From positions 667,147 to 731,146 of the forward strand of contig CBDDDL010000002.1 of assembly GCA_965226645.1 (NCBI GenBank): a stretch of 64,000 bases of DNA, given 5' to 3'. The stretch is from Candidatus Poriferisodalis sp. (lineage in GTDB: Bacteria > Actinomycetota > Acidimicrobiia > Acidimicrobiales > Poriferisodalaceae). Shown here piece after piece: positions 36,211-46,536 of the stretch (positions within the stretch are counted from its first letter, which is position 1; each line of letters begins with the position of its first letter). Both the position numbers and the translations under genes were made by a program. The notes under the pieces are model-generated. The model was given only the letters and a program-made list of their open reading frames with translations. It did not search any database and was not told the DNA's origin.

Positions 36211-39200
36211 GTGGCAGCGTCGTTCGTTCACCTGCACACTCACACCGAATACTCGCTGCTCGACGGCGCGGCGCGTGTCAATGAGGTGGTAGCAGCCGCC
36301 GCCGCGGACGGCCAGCCCGCACTGGGCATCACCGACCACGGGAACATGTACGGCGTCCTGGACTTCTACCGGGCCTGCAAGGCGCATGACATCACGCCGA
36401 TCATCGGCACCGAGGCCTACATGGCACTCGAGAGCCGCCACGAGCGTCCCGTCCGAAATCGCGCCAAGAACAGCAAAGTCGACGATTCGGGCGACGACGG
36501 CGAGGGCGAAAAGCTCTACTACCACCTGACCCTGCTGGCGGCGAACGACACCGGCTACCGGAATCTGCTCAAGCTCGCCAGCACGGCGTTCTTGGAGGGC
36601 TACTACTACAAGCCCCGCATGGACTGGGAGATGTTCGCCCAGCACGCTGACGGCCTGATCGCCACCACGGGGTGCCTGGGAAGCGTCGTGCAGCAGGCCC
36701 TGCTTGCCGGCGACTACGACGAGGCCCGACGCCGGGCGGGTCGGCTGCAGGACATCTTCGGACGCGACTCGCTGTACGTCGAGCTGCAGGACCACGGCAT
36801 CGACGCGCAGCACGCCTGCAACCCGCAGCTGCTGCAGATTGCCCAAGAACTCGGCGCTCCGCTGCTCGCCACCAACGACCTGCACTACACACATCGGGGC
36901 GATGCGCTCGCTCATGACGCGCTGCTGTGCGTGCAGACCGGTGCGTTGCGCAGCGATCCAGACCGCTTCAAGTTCCACGGCGACCAGCACTATCTGAAGA
37001 CCGCCGCAGAGATGCGGACGCTGTTCGACGCTCATCCCGACAGCTGTAACAACACGCTGGCCATCGCCGAGCGCGCCGATGTGAACATCGAGTTCGGCCG
37101 CATGCTGTTGCCGCACTTCGACGTGCCCGCCCCCCACGCCGACGCCGACGCCTACCTCCATCACTTGGCATTCGAAGGAGCGACGAACCGCTGGGGCCCG
37201 AATCTGCCGGCCAGCACCACTCAACAGCTCGCCTACGAGCTGCGCGTCATCTCCGACATGGGCTTCAGCTCGTACTTCCTCATCACCTGGGATCTCATCC
37301 GCCATGCCCGCGAGAACGGCATCCGCGTCGGGCCCGGACGAGGGTCGGCAGCGGGCTGCGCGGTGGCGTACTGCCTGCGCATCACCGACCTCGACCCCAT
37401 CCACTATGGGCTGGTGTTCGAGCGGTTCCTGAACCCGGCGCGCATCTCGATGCCCGACATCGACATCGACTTCGACGACCGCTACCGCGACGAGATGATC
37501 CACTACACGGCCCAGAAGTACGGCACCGATCACGTGGCACAGATCATCACGTTCTCCACGATCAAGGCCCGGGCCGCCGTGCGAGATGCCGCCCGAGTGC
37601 TGGGCAAGCCGTACGCGCTGGGCGACCGTGTCTCCAAGGCCATGCCACCGCTCATCATGGGCCGCGACACCCCTCTGGGCGCCTGTTTTGAACGCGACGA
37701 AAAGTATGCCGACGGTTACGCCGCAGCGGCTGAGCTGCGCGACATGTACGCACTCGACGACGACGTGCGCGAGGTCGTCGATGTGGCCCGCGGGCTAGAG
37801 GGGCTCATCCGTCAGGACTCGGTGCATGCCGCCGCCGTGGTGATCAGCCCCCAGCCGCTCACCGACTACCTGCCCATCCAGCGCAAGCCCGAGGCAGGCA
37901 CCGATCCCGACGAGGCACCCATCGTCACCCAGTTCGACATGGGCGGGGTGGAAGACCTCGGCTTGCTGAAGATGGACTTCCTGGGCCTGCGGACGCTGTC
38001 GATCATCGACGAGTGCGTGCGCCTCATCGAGCGACGCACGGGCTCGACACTCGACATCGACGCAGTGCCGCTCGATGACCCAGCCACGTTCAAGCTGCTG
38101 TGCGCCGGGGACACCATGGGCGTGTTCCAGCTGGAATCCGCGCCAGTTCGATCGCTGCTGCGCTCGATGCAGCCCAATCAGTTCGAGGACATCTGCGCGC
38201 TGGTGGCGCTATACCGGCCGGGCCCCATGGCAGCCGATATGCACAACAGCTACGCCCACCGCAAGAACGGCCGCCAGCCCGCCGATCCGCCGCATCCGGA
38301 TCTGGCCGAACTGCTCGACGAGACCTACGGGCTGATGATCTACCAAGAGTCGATGATGCGGGTGGCACAGGAGATCGCGGGCTACTCCATGGCCGAAGCC
38401 GACGACCTGCGCAAGGCGTGCGGCAAGAAGAATCGAGCCCAGATCGCCGAGCACCGCGCCAAGTTCATCGCCGGCACCGATGCGAAGGGGTACGGCGAGG
38501 CGCTGGGAGAGCAACTGTTCGGGATCATCGAGCCGTTCGCGGATTACGCCTTCAACAAGAGCCACGCCTTTGCCTACGGGCTGATCGCGTACCAGACGGC
38601 GTACTTGAAGGCCAACTGCCTCACCGAGTTCCTAGCTGCCGTGCTGACTGGCTCCAAGCGCAACATTGAAAAGGCGGGCGTGTACCTCACCGACTGTCGC
38701 CAGCACGGCATCGAGGTGCGCGTGCCCGACATCAACGTCTCCGAAATGGATTTCGCGACCGACGGGGATGCGATCCCGTTCGGGTTGTCGGCGGTGCGCA
38801 ACGTGGGCGAGAAGGTGGCCGAGCCGATCATCGCCGAGCGCAGCGCCAACGGCCCCTTCGCCGACTTCAACGACTTCTGCGAGCGGATGCCACGCGAGGT
38901 GCTGAACCGCAGGTTCGTGGAGTCGCTCATCAAGGCCGGCGCTTTCGAGACATGCGGCCACACCCGCGCCGGTCTGCTCGACGTGTTCGACCGCATCATC
39001 GAGGCTGCCTTGCGGCGCCGTGCCGAGGCCGAGGCGGGACTGCAGTCGATGTTCGGCGGAGCGAACGTCGGCGGTGTCGAATTCGACGACCGGATCGACG
39101 TGCCCAACATCACCGCCGACGAACGCACCACGCTGGTGTGGGAGAAGGAGCTGCTCGGGCTGTACGTGTCGGATCACCCACTGCGCGGCGGCGAGGCCCA

Positions 39201-39744
39201 GCTGCGGCGCGCCACCGACTGCACCATTAGCGGGCTCGGCGACCTGCCGTCGAACCCCGACGGCGGACAGCAGTCGGTGACCATCGGCGGCGTCGTGCAC
39301 AACTTCCAGCGGCGCTTCACCCGCAGCGGCGAGCCCATGGCCCGCTTCACGCTCGAGGACACCGAAGGCTCCATCGAGGTGACGGTGTTTCCCAAGGCCA
39401 TGGCCGAAGCCGGCGACCTCCTCGCCGAAGACGCCGTCGTGCTGGTGCGCGGCCGTCCGGACCGGCGAGGCGAGGGCGAGACGGCATTCCTCGCGAACGA
39501 GCTTCTCCCGATCGACCTGCGCAGGGGACCGGCACCGCTATGGCTGAACGTCGAGCGCGTCGATATGGACGAGGACTGGCTGGTCTCGTTCGAGAAGATG
39601 CTGGCCTCCCATCCCGGCGATGCGCCCGTGCACTTGCGCGTCGGAGACCGGCTGGTGAAGCTGCCGGAGTCGCGATGGGTGGACGCTGGCGCCCTCGCAG
39701 GACCACTGCGCGAGATTCTCGGCGCCGACGCCGTGCGCACGTAA
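36211..39744 (+). CDS. dnaE: DNA polymerase III alpha subunit (DnaE1)
   Basis: PHP start ..SFVHLHTHTEYSLLDGAARV.. AAGGAG Shine-Dalgarno 4 nt upstream of GTG. The track ORF starts 39 codons earlier. Full-length pattern to ..C-terminal OB. Confidence 0.95.
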   Translation: MAASFVHLHTHTEYSLLDGAARVNEVVAAAAADGQPALGITDHGNMYGVLDFYRACKAHDITPIIGTEAYMALESRHERPVRNRAKNSKVDDSGDDGEGEKLYYHLTLLAANDTGYRNLLKLASTAFLEGYYYKPRMDWEMFAQHADGLIATTGCLGSVVQQALLAGDYDEARRRAGRLQDIFGRDSLYVELQDHGIDAQHACNPQLLQIAQELGAPLLATNDLHYTHRGDALAHDALLCVQTGALRSDPDRFKFHGDQHYLKTAAEMRTLFDAHPDSCNNTLAIAERADVNIEFGRMLLPHFDVPAPHADADAYLHHLAFEGATNRWGPNLPASTTQQLAYELRVISDMGFSSYFLITWDLIRHARENGIRVGPGRGSAAGCAVAYCLRITDLDPIHYGLVFERFLNPARISMPDIDIDFDDRYRDEMIHYTAQKYGTDHVAQIITFSTIKARAAVRDAARVLGKPYALGDRVSKAMPPLIMGRDTPLGACFERDEKYADGYAAAAELRDMYALDDDVREVVDVARGLEGLIRQDSVHAAAVVISPQPLTDYLPIQRKPEAGTDPDEAPIVTQFDMGGVEDLGLLKMDFLGLRTLSIIDECVRLIERRTGSTLDIDAVPLDDPATFKLLCAGDTMGVFQLESAPVRSLLRSMQPNQFEDICALVALYRPGPMAADMHNSYAHRKNGRQPADPPHPDLAELLDETYGLMIYQESMMRVAQEIAGYSMAEADDLRKACGKKNRAQIAEHRAKFIAGTDAKGYGEALGEQLFGIIEPFADYAFNKSHAFAYGLIAYQTAYLKANCLTEFLAAVLTGSKRNIEKAGVYLTDCRQHGIEVRVPDINVSEMDFATDGDAIPFGLSAVRNVGEKVAEPIIAERSANGPFADFNDFCERMPREVLNRRFVESLIKAGAFETCGHTRAGLLDVFDRIIEAALRRRAEAEAGLQSMFGGANVGGVEFDDRIDVPNITADERTTLVWEKELLGLYVSDHPLRGGEAQLRRATDCTISGLGDLPSNPDGGQQSVTIGGVVHNFQRRFTRSGEPMARFTLEDTEGSIEVTVFPKAMAEAGDLLAEDAVVLVRGRPDRRGEGETAFLANELLPIDLRRGPAPLWLNVERVDMDEDWLVSFEKMLASHPGDAPVHLRVGDRLVKLPESRWVDAGALAGPLREILGADAVRT

Positions 39745-39853
39745 ATTGGGCATCGAACTTTGAAGCGAAGCCCCTAGCCTTGCCCAATGGTCGTGACCGC
39801 GGCCGTTTCATCGGTGGCACCACCCGCCGAAGCGCAGTTCACCTGGAGTGCTC

Positions 39854-40048
39854 ATGAGCGACGGCGATACCCGGAAAGTCGACGAGAAGTCGCTCAAGGA
39901 CCCGGCCAAGATGATGGTCCCGTTCGCGAAGTTCAAGAGCTTCCAGCGGTCCGATCAGATCTGGGTGATCTGCGGCATCCTGTTCCTGATCATTTTGATG
40001 AACGTCGTCTTCTACAACGGGACCGGCCCTGTAACCCCAGCGCCATGA
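39854..40048 (+). CDS. Small hydrophobic protein (64 aa, one TM)
   Basis: MSDGDTRKVDEKSLKDPAKMMVPFAKFKSFQRSDQIWVICGILFLIILMNVVFYNGTG.. High GC3. Lies between dnaE and thrS. Confidence 0.4.
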   Translation: MSDGDTRKVDEKSLKDPAKMMVPFAKFKSFQRSDQIWVICGILFLIILMNVVFYNGTGPVTPAP

Positions 40049-40086
40049 GCCGACGCCCGTGAGCCGACGCCCGTGAGTTTGGGCCG

Positions 40087-42156
40087 ATGAGTCCCGCCGG
40101 CGAGGCCGCAGCCACCAGCGCCGCCGGCGAGGCCGTCACCACCGTGGTGCTGCCCGACGGGCAGTCCCGCGAACTCCCCGCCGGCGCAACGGGCGCCGTC
40201 CTTGCCGCGTCGCTGGGGCGCCGTGCCGCCAAGGACGCTCTGATCGCGGTCGCCGACGGCGAGCAATTCGATCTGAATCGGCCGCTGCCCGACGGCGCGG
40301 CGGTGTCGCTGGTGTTTCCGGCCTCCGACGATGGCCTCGAAGTGTTGCGTCACTCCACCGCGCACGTTCTGGCCCAAGCGGTGCTGCGGCTGTATCGGGG
40401 GGCCACGTTCTCGATCGGGCCCCCGATCACCGACGGCTTCTATTACGACTTCGATCTCGGCACCGACGACTCGGGCACAGCGCGGACGTTCTCTGACGAC
40501 GACCTCGAGGCGATCGACGCCGAGATGCGCTCCATCGTGGCTGCCCGCCAGCCGTTCATCCGCGCCGAGGTGGACCGAGCTACCGCCGATGAGCTGTTCG
40601 CGCAGCATCCCTACAAGATCGAGATCCTCGACGGTGAGGCCGACGACCCGACGTCGGGTCCCACCGGCGGGGTGATCACCACCTACCGGAACACCGACGA
40701 GTTCGTGGATCTGTGCCGCGGCCCCCACGTGCCCGACACCGGACGGCTGGGTCACTTCAAGCTGATGCGGGTGGCTGGTGCGTACTGGCGCGGCGACGAG
40801 AAGCGCCAGATGCTGCAACGTATCTACGGCACGGCGTGGGGCTCTGCCGCCGACCTGGCTGCGCACCTCGAACGGCTCGAAGAGGCCGCCAAACGTGACC
40901 ACCGTCGTTTGGTCAACGAGCTGGACCTGCTCAGCTTTCCCTCCGAGCTCGGCGGCGGACTGGCCGTGTGGCATCCCAAGGGCTCGGTGATCCGCAAGAT
41001 CATGGAGGATTACAGCCGGGATCGGCACGAGTCGGGCGGCTATCAGTTCGTCTACACGCCGCACCTCGCCAACGCTCGGCTATTCGAGACCTCCGGGCAC
41101 CTGGACTTCTACGCCGAGGGCATGTACCCGCCGATGGAGATGGACAACGGCGTCTACTACCCCAAACCGATGAACTGCCCGATGCACTGCCTGATCTTCG
41201 GCCAGCGCCAGCGTTCCTACCGTGAGCTGCCGCTGCGGCTGTTCGAACTGGGCACCGTGTACCGCTACGAGCGGTCGGGGACGCTGCACGGGCTGATGCG
41301 GATCCGTGGGTTCACCCAGGACGACAGCCACCTGTACATGGCACCCGAGCACTTGGCCGACGAGATCGAACGGCTGCTGGATTTCGTGCTGTCGGTGCTG
41401 GGCGCGTTCGGCTTCGAGGATTTCACCTTCAAGCTGTCGACGCAGGATCCCGACAAGTTCGTGGGTAGCGCCGACGGCTGGGACCGGGCGACGGCGGCGC
41501 TGCGGGAGGCCTTGGACCGGCGCGGCCACGACTACGTCGAGGCCGAGGGCGAGGCGGCGTTCTACGGGCCGAAGATCGACATCGACGTGCAGGACGCCAT
41601 CGGGCGGTCATGGCAGCTGTCGACGATTCAGCTCGACTTCAACCTGCCGGAACGGTTCGACCTGCGATACACCGGCGCTGACGGTGAACTGCACCGGCCG
41701 ATCATGATCCACCGGGCGCTCTTTGGCGCGATCGAGCGGTTCTTCGGTGTGATGGTGGAGCACTACGGGGGTGCGTTCCCGCCGTGGCTGTCACCGGTGC
41801 AGGCGGTGGTGCTGGGCGTGCGGGCGGATCACGACGCGTTTGCCTCGGAGGTGGTGGCGCAGCTGGCCGAGAAACGTTTTCGGGCCGAGATGGTGCCGGC
41901 GGATGACCCACTGGGGGCGCGGATCCGTCGGGCCAAGCTCGAGAAGGTGCCCTACGTGCTGGTGGTGGGCGACGACGATGTGGCTGCGGGCACGGTGGGC
42001 GTGAATCCGCGTGGCCATCCGGTACGGCGCGACGTGCCGATCGATGAATTCATCGCGCAGCTGGCCGATGAGGTGGAAAGCAAAGCTGTTGACGTTGGCG
42101 GCTCAAGTGATACGGCCGCCGATGTGAGCGCTGCGGTGGCCGCGGCGAGCGACTGA
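40087..42156 (+). CDS. thrS: Threonine--tRNA ligase
   Basis: TGS domain, ..HSTAHVLAQAV.. editing motif, class II core (..FRVAGAYWRGDEK.., ..RGFTQDDSHLY..), anticodon-binding C-terminus. Confidence 0.95.
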   Translation: MSPAGEAAATSAAGEAVTTVVLPDGQSRELPAGATGAVLAASLGRRAAKDALIAVADGEQFDLNRPLPDGAAVSLVFPASDDGLEVLRHSTAHVLAQAVLRLYRGATFSIGPPITDGFYYDFDLGTDDSGTARTFSDDDLEAIDAEMRSIVAARQPFIRAEVDRATADELFAQHPYKIEILDGEADDPTSGPTGGVITTYRNTDEFVDLCRGPHVPDTGRLGHFKLMRVAGAYWRGDEKRQMLQRIYGTAWGSAADLAAHLERLEEAAKRDHRRLVNELDLLSFPSELGGGLAVWHPKGSVIRKIMEDYSRDRHESGGYQFVYTPHLANARLFETSGHLDFYAEGMYPPMEMDNGVYYPKPMNCPMHCLIFGQRQRSYRELPLRLFELGTVYRYERSGTLHGLMRIRGFTQDDSHLYMAPEHLADEIERLLDFVLSVLGAFGFEDFTFKLSTQDPDKFVGSADGWDRATAALREALDRRGHDYVEAEGEAAFYGPKIDIDVQDAIGRSWQLSTIQLDFNLPERFDLRYTGADGELHRPIMIHRALFGAIERFFGVMVEHYGGAFPPWLSPVQAVVLGVRADHDAFASEVVAQLAEKRFRAEMVPADDPLGARIRRAKLEKVPYVLVVGDDDVAAGTVGVNPRGHPVRRDVPIDEFIAQLADEVESKAVDVGGSSDTAADVSAAVAAASD

Positions 42157-42169
42157 GGCTCGGGCGGGC

Positions 42170-43345
42170 GTGCGGGCGCTGATTTTCGAGCGCAAGGAAT
42201 TGCGATTCGCGGCGGCGATGGCAGCGGGCAAGCTGAAGCCTGGCTCGGGTGCAGGCGTGGGCCCACTGCGTTTGACCGAGATGGATCCGCCGGAGCTGCC
42301 GGGCGGCGACTGGCAGTACGTGCGCACGGCGCTGTCGGGCATCTGCGGCTCGGATCTTGCGACGGTGGACGGGAAGGTGTCGCGCTATTTCGAGTCGCTG
42401 GTGTCGTTCCCGTTCGTGCCAGGCCATGAGGTGGTGGGTCACATCGACGACGGCTCCCGGGTGGTGCTGGAACCGGTGCTGGGGCCCGAAGCGCACGGTG
42501 TTGCACCGCCGTGGCCCGACGCGGCGCCTGCCGACGGCGACGACTACGGCCACTTGATCGGCGGCGTGATCGAAGCCGGGTTGCAGACAGGTTCGTGTTC
42601 GTCGACTGGTGGCGGTTGGTCCGACACGTTCGCCGCACACCGGTCGCAACTGCATTCGCTGGGGGCGCTGGGTCCGGCGGAACTGTCAGACGAGGCGGCG
42701 GTGATGATCGAGCCGACCGCGGCGGGCATTCATGCTGCGTTGCGGTCGGGAGTGACCGAGGGCGGCACAGCGGCGGTGATTGGCGCCGGCACGATGGGAT
42801 TGGTTGCGGTTGCCGCGCTGCGTCAACTGACCGGCGTGGCGGCGATCGTGGTGGGCGCCCGCTACAGCCATCAGCGCCGGCTGGCCCGTGAGCTGGGGGC
42901 CGACTTGGCGGTGTCGCCCGACGAGTTGGGACGGGCCGTGCGCCGTGCCGCAGGCACGAGGGTGATCGGGCAGACGCTGGGCTCGGGAACGCACGTGACG
43001 ATCGATGCAGTCGCCTCGTCGTCGTCGCTGACTGATGCCATTGCAATCACCCGACCGCGGGGTCGGGTGGTGGTGCTGGGCATGCCTGCGAACGTGGAAC
43101 TGAACCTGTCGGCGTTGTGGCACCGCGAGACCGAGTTGGTGGGGGCCTACTGCTACGGCACCGAGCCAGCACTGGACGGGGGTCACACCTTCGAGGCCGC
43201 GATCAAGCTGGTGCGCGACTGCGACCTAGGCCGACTGGTCTCTGCGTTGTACCCGCTGGAGGAGTACCGGGCTGCGCTGGAGCACGCCGCGAGTGCTGGT
43301 GCGCGCGGCTCGACCAAGATTGCGTTTGATTTGCGCGAGGACTGA
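42170..43345 (+). CDS. Zinc-binding medium-chain dehydrogenase/reductase (threonine/sorbitol dehydrogenase-like)
   Basis: ..LSGICGSDLATVDG.. ..PFVPGHEVVGHI.. Rossmann ..AVIGAGTMGLVAVA.. Confidence 0.8.
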   Translation: MRALIFERKELRFAAAMAAGKLKPGSGAGVGPLRLTEMDPPELPGGDWQYVRTALSGICGSDLATVDGKVSRYFESLVSFPFVPGHEVVGHIDDGSRVVLEPVLGPEAHGVAPPWPDAAPADGDDYGHLIGGVIEAGLQTGSCSSTGGGWSDTFAAHRSQLHSLGALGPAELSDEAAVMIEPTAAGIHAALRSGVTEGGTAAVIGAGTMGLVAVAALRQLTGVAAIVVGARYSHQRRLARELGADLAVSPDELGRAVRRAAGTRVIGQTLGSGTHVTIDAVASSSSLTDAIAITRPRGRVVVLGMPANVELNLSALWHRETELVGAYCYGTEPALDGGHTFEAAIKLVRDCDLGRLVSALYPLEEYRAALEHAASAGARGSTKIAFDLRED

Positions 43346-43703
43346 AGTCGTTTCGTGCGAGCGGCGCCCGAGTCGTATTCGCTTGCAATACAATTACCGC
43401 CGTGGAGCGCCCATTCGACGTGGACCTCCTCGACGACCATGACCCGTTCGAAATCACCGATCAGCTGCCACATTTGCACAAGCACGGAATGCTCGGCGTG
43501 TCATACATCGTTGAAGTCTGACAGAACAGACCGCTCTTCTACCCGGCGCGACCTCCCGCACACTGGATCATGGTTGCGGAGGTCAACGGTGACGTGCTGG
43601 CGGTCCCGCTCGCACCATCAAAGTCCGGTGACTCAACTAAGTGTCGGCCGATTGGCTGCTACGAGGCACCCCGGTACCTGACAGCTCAATACATGGAGGA
43701 CCG

Positions 43704-43940
43704 ATGAACACTGAGAGCATGTCGCCTGCTGAGGAATACGAGTTCTATAGCCGGCCGGAAAACCTGCGACCCCAGGGGCCACCACGACGCCGCGTGACCA
43801 CCCTGTCCGACCCGATCGCGGTGCGCTTCTCGCCGCAGGTGCTCGAACAGGTGAAAGCAGCGGCGGCGGCAGATGACCGCTCGGTGTCTTCGTGGGTTCG
43901 CCGCGCAGTCGATAACGCCTTGCAAGAATCATCCGCCTAG
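43704..43940 (+). CDS. Ribbon-helix-helix (CopG/Arc-type) DNA-binding protein
   Basis: GGAGGA Shine-Dalgarno. ..RRRVTTLSDPIAVRFSPQVLEQVKAAAAADDRSVSSWVRRAVDNAL.. is an RHH pattern. It lies in a lower-GC 0.6-kb insert. A 45-codon upstream ORF ends in ATGA overlap with its start. Confidence 0.65.
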   Translation: MNTESMSPAEEYEFYSRPENLRPQGPPRRRVTTLSDPIAVRFSPQVLEQVKAAAAADDRSVSSWVRRAVDNALQESSA

Positions 43941-43970
43941 ACGACACGGTCCCCAACCAACGCCGGCTCC

Positions 43971-44012
43971 CGCGGCTCAACCATGATTGCCTTCGACCTG
44001 CGCGAGAGCTGA
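43971..44012 (+). other. Orphan copy of the last 13 codons plus stop of the ADH gene (..RGSTMIAFDLRES*)
   Basis: 34 of 42 nt identical to 43304..43345 (..RGSTKIAFDLRED*). The differences are mostly synonymous third-position changes. The orphan copy has the host-like higher GC3. Confidence 0.6.
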
Positions 44013-44226
44013 TCTCCTCAGTCCGCCCGGGGGCGTCTCGCCTCGGAACGGACAGCCCGTGACGGATCCGCCTGGTCAGCTTCGATCTGGGCCACGAGCT
44101 CGGGATGCCGCAGCAGAGCGGCTTCATGTGCCGACGTCACGGCGGCGGGAGTTCGGTCGGCTTCTTCGTTCACATAGCAAGGACTGCCAGATCGAAGGAA
44201 GAGGAGACTGACCGGTCGTCAACGCA

Positions 44227-46536
44227 ATGGACATTGCCCACAGCCGGTCGGCGTGTTGCACCCCCCGCTGTAGGTTCGCCGCCATGAACGACGAGCAGTA
44301 TTGGATGCAGCGACTTGACGAGTATTGCAAACAGTTGGCCCGCGAGAGCGTCAAGGCCAAGACTGTCAGTGTCTACCGAAACGTCACACGACTGTGGATC
44401 GACTATTGCCTCGAGCGCGGGCACGATCCGTCACCGAACGACCATGACGTGGTCGAACGGTTTCTCGATTCCCGAGATGGCATCGCTGAGACGACGAGGT
44501 CGACCTACACAAGCGATCTCCGTCGGTGGTTCAACTACATGAACGAGTCGTCATCGCAGTTCGACGTCGAAACCTGGATGCAGCGACTTGAGGCCTACAT
44601 CAAGTGGCGAAGTGAAGTCGGTGGACGGAGCGGCGCAGGCGCCATGAGACCAACGCAGGAAAATCTGCGTTCGATCCTGGGTCGATGGGCACGCTACGCC
44701 TGCAAGAACAGGATCGATCCTGCCACCTACGATGAAGCCGCGATCGCGCAGTTCTGCCATGAACAGGGCGGCATCAAGGAATCAACCCGTGGCGATTACA
44801 GACGGCACATTCGCAGGTGGTGCGAGCGGTTGCCAGAATTCGAGCGCGCTCGGCCTGAGCGTCTACCAAAGCTCTTTGCCGAGTTTCGCCGGTCCAGATA
44901 CCCGACGCCTGACGACGAAGAGAGCAAACTCGCGCGGGAACGATTCCAGCGAATCTTGGAATCACTACCGTCGCTCGCGTTCGAAGACCGGGGGCAACTC
45001 AAGCAAGTTTGGAGTAGGGGCAAGAACACTTACGGGAGTCCGGGCCAGGTTGTTCATCTGAATTCGTACCTAAACCAGGCCTCCAGTGCGCAATGGGTCG
45101 AACTTCGAGACCTCCTCACTGGGCTGTGCTTCGGGGGAGGCGACCTCGCCTCTCGAATCGACACGGCCATGAGCCAGAAGGGCATCGGCTCCGCGACTGC
45201 GACTCGATTGGCTGCAATCTGCCACCCTGAGCGGTTCATTCCCAACTACGTGCTCGCGAGAAGCAGCAGCGACAACTGGCGCGGCAAGCTGGAGATGATC
45301 GAGCTCGTGGACGAGCTTGGACTCCTTGACGTCGCTGGGACACGCGAGGCACAAGAGATCCACCTGCTCCATCGTGAACATGGCGGCTCGGGTGCCGTAG
45401 TGATGCGCGCGAACGACCTTCTCCTCGAATCGCTCCGTCCTTACTTCACGGACGACGATGTCGTCGACACGTGGGGTATCCGAACATTTCTGTATTGGTT
45501 GGAGGAGAACTACGGCGATAGCACCGAGACGGTCGATCAATGGATTGACGACGAGGACCTCGTGAAATTGGCGGACGAGCTGTTGTGCGAGGTGGACTTC
45601 CTCCAGGACATCCTGGCCCTGCTTGATGACAAGGGGCAGGTGATCCTGTACGGACCGCCGGGAACGGGCAAGACGTACTTCGCGCGGTCGCTTGCTGTCA
45701 GGTTGGCGCTGTACGAGGACGAGGGCGACGATGCGTATTCACTGGTGCAATTCCATCCGGCGTACTCGTATGAGGACTTCTTCGAAGGCTTCCGCCCTCG
45801 GATCGATGACAACGGGCAGATGACGTACGAGTTGACGCCGGGTCCGCTGATTCGGCTCGCCCAACGCGCGGAGGAGCATCCGGACGAACTGCACGTCATG
45901 GTCATCGACGAGATCAACCGGGCGAACCTGCCGAGAGTGTTGGGGGAACTGCTTTACCTGCTGGAGTACCGCGACGAGGAGATCCAGACGCAATACCGGC
46001 CCGACGACACTTTCTCTCTGCCATCAAACCTTTGGTTCATTGGCACGATGAATACGGCCGACCGGTCCATCGCGCTGATCGACGCGGCGATGCGGCGACG
46101 GTTCCACTTCGTGCCGTTCTTCCCCAACCATGGGCCGACGGCGGGTCTCCTGCGCCGGTGGATGCAGCGCAATTCACCGGAACAGGAATGGGTCGCCGGC
46201 CTGGTTGACAAGGTGAACAGAGACCTGGCCGAGCAGATGGGTGGTGATCACTCGCTGATCGGGCCGAGCCACTTTATGAAGAGCGACCTCGACAAGGAAA
46301 GCCTGCGGCGCATCTGGGAGTACAACATCGAACCGCTCATCGAGGACCAGCTGTTCGGTCGTCAGGAAGCGATCGAGAGCTTCCGGTTCGGCAGCGTCTG
46401 GCGGCGCTACGGATCCGGAGCGACTTCGTCTGGTGCGCCGCCGGCTGAGCCTGACGACCAACCGCCTGACCCCGCGGATGAAGCAGGGAACCTCGCAGGT
46501 GAGAGCGAGGGCGCTGTCGACAAGGGCGACGCGTAA
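44227..46536 (+). CDS. McrB-family AAA+ GTPase homologue with an atypical ~430-aa N-terminal module
   Basis: C-terminal half: ..GQVILYGPPGTGKTYFARSLA.. ..LHVMVIDEINRANL.. ..FIGTMNTADRSIALIDAAMRRRFHFV.. N-terminal region: two tandem segments resembling recombinase SAM-like core-binding domains, plus an HhH-like GIGSATATRLAA segment. Lower GC3 than neighbours. An alternative start is M20 (MNDEQYW) at 44284. Confidence 0.8.
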   Translation: MDIAHSRSACCTPRCRFAAMNDEQYWMQRLDEYCKQLARESVKAKTVSVYRNVTRLWIDYCLERGHDPSPNDHDVVERFLDSRDGIAETTRSTYTSDLRRWFNYMNESSSQFDVETWMQRLEAYIKWRSEVGGRSGAGAMRPTQENLRSILGRWARYACKNRIDPATYDEAAIAQFCHEQGGIKESTRGDYRRHIRRWCERLPEFERARPERLPKLFAEFRRSRYPTPDDEESKLARERFQRILESLPSLAFEDRGQLKQVWSRGKNTYGSPGQVVHLNSYLNQASSAQWVELRDLLTGLCFGGGDLASRIDTAMSQKGIGSATATRLAAICHPERFIPNYVLARSSSDNWRGKLEMIELVDELGLLDVAGTREAQEIHLLHREHGGSGAVVMRANDLLLESLRPYFTDDDVVDTWGIRTFLYWLEENYGDSTETVDQWIDDEDLVKLADELLCEVDFLQDILALLDDKGQVILYGPPGTGKTYFARSLAVRLALYEDEGDDAYSLVQFHPAYSYEDFFEGFRPRIDDNGQMTYELTPGPLIRLAQRAEEHPDELHVMVIDEINRANLPRVLGELLYLLEYRDEEIQTQYRPDDTFSLPSNLWFIGTMNTADRSIALIDAAMRRRFHFVPFFPNHGPTAGLLRRWMQRNSPEQEWVAGLVDKVNRDLAEQMGGDHSLIGPSHFMKSDLDKESLRRIWEYNIEPLIEDQLFGRQEAIESFRFGSVWRRYGSGATSSGAPPAEPDDQPPDPADEAGNLAGESEGAVDKGDA

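Noticed and set aside
36199-37533. 444-aa minus-strand ORF opposite dnaE
   Set aside because: Antisense artefact.
41952-43046. 364-aa minus-strand ORF spanning the thrS/ADH junction
   Set aside because: Pro/Arg/Ser-rich antisense artefact crossing two real genes.
43355-43681. 108-aa + ORF in the low-GC insert upstream of the RHH gene
   Set aside because: Ser/Thr/Cys/His-rich junk composition. Short alternative-frame ORFs (39 and 45 codons) look more plausible but are too short to call.
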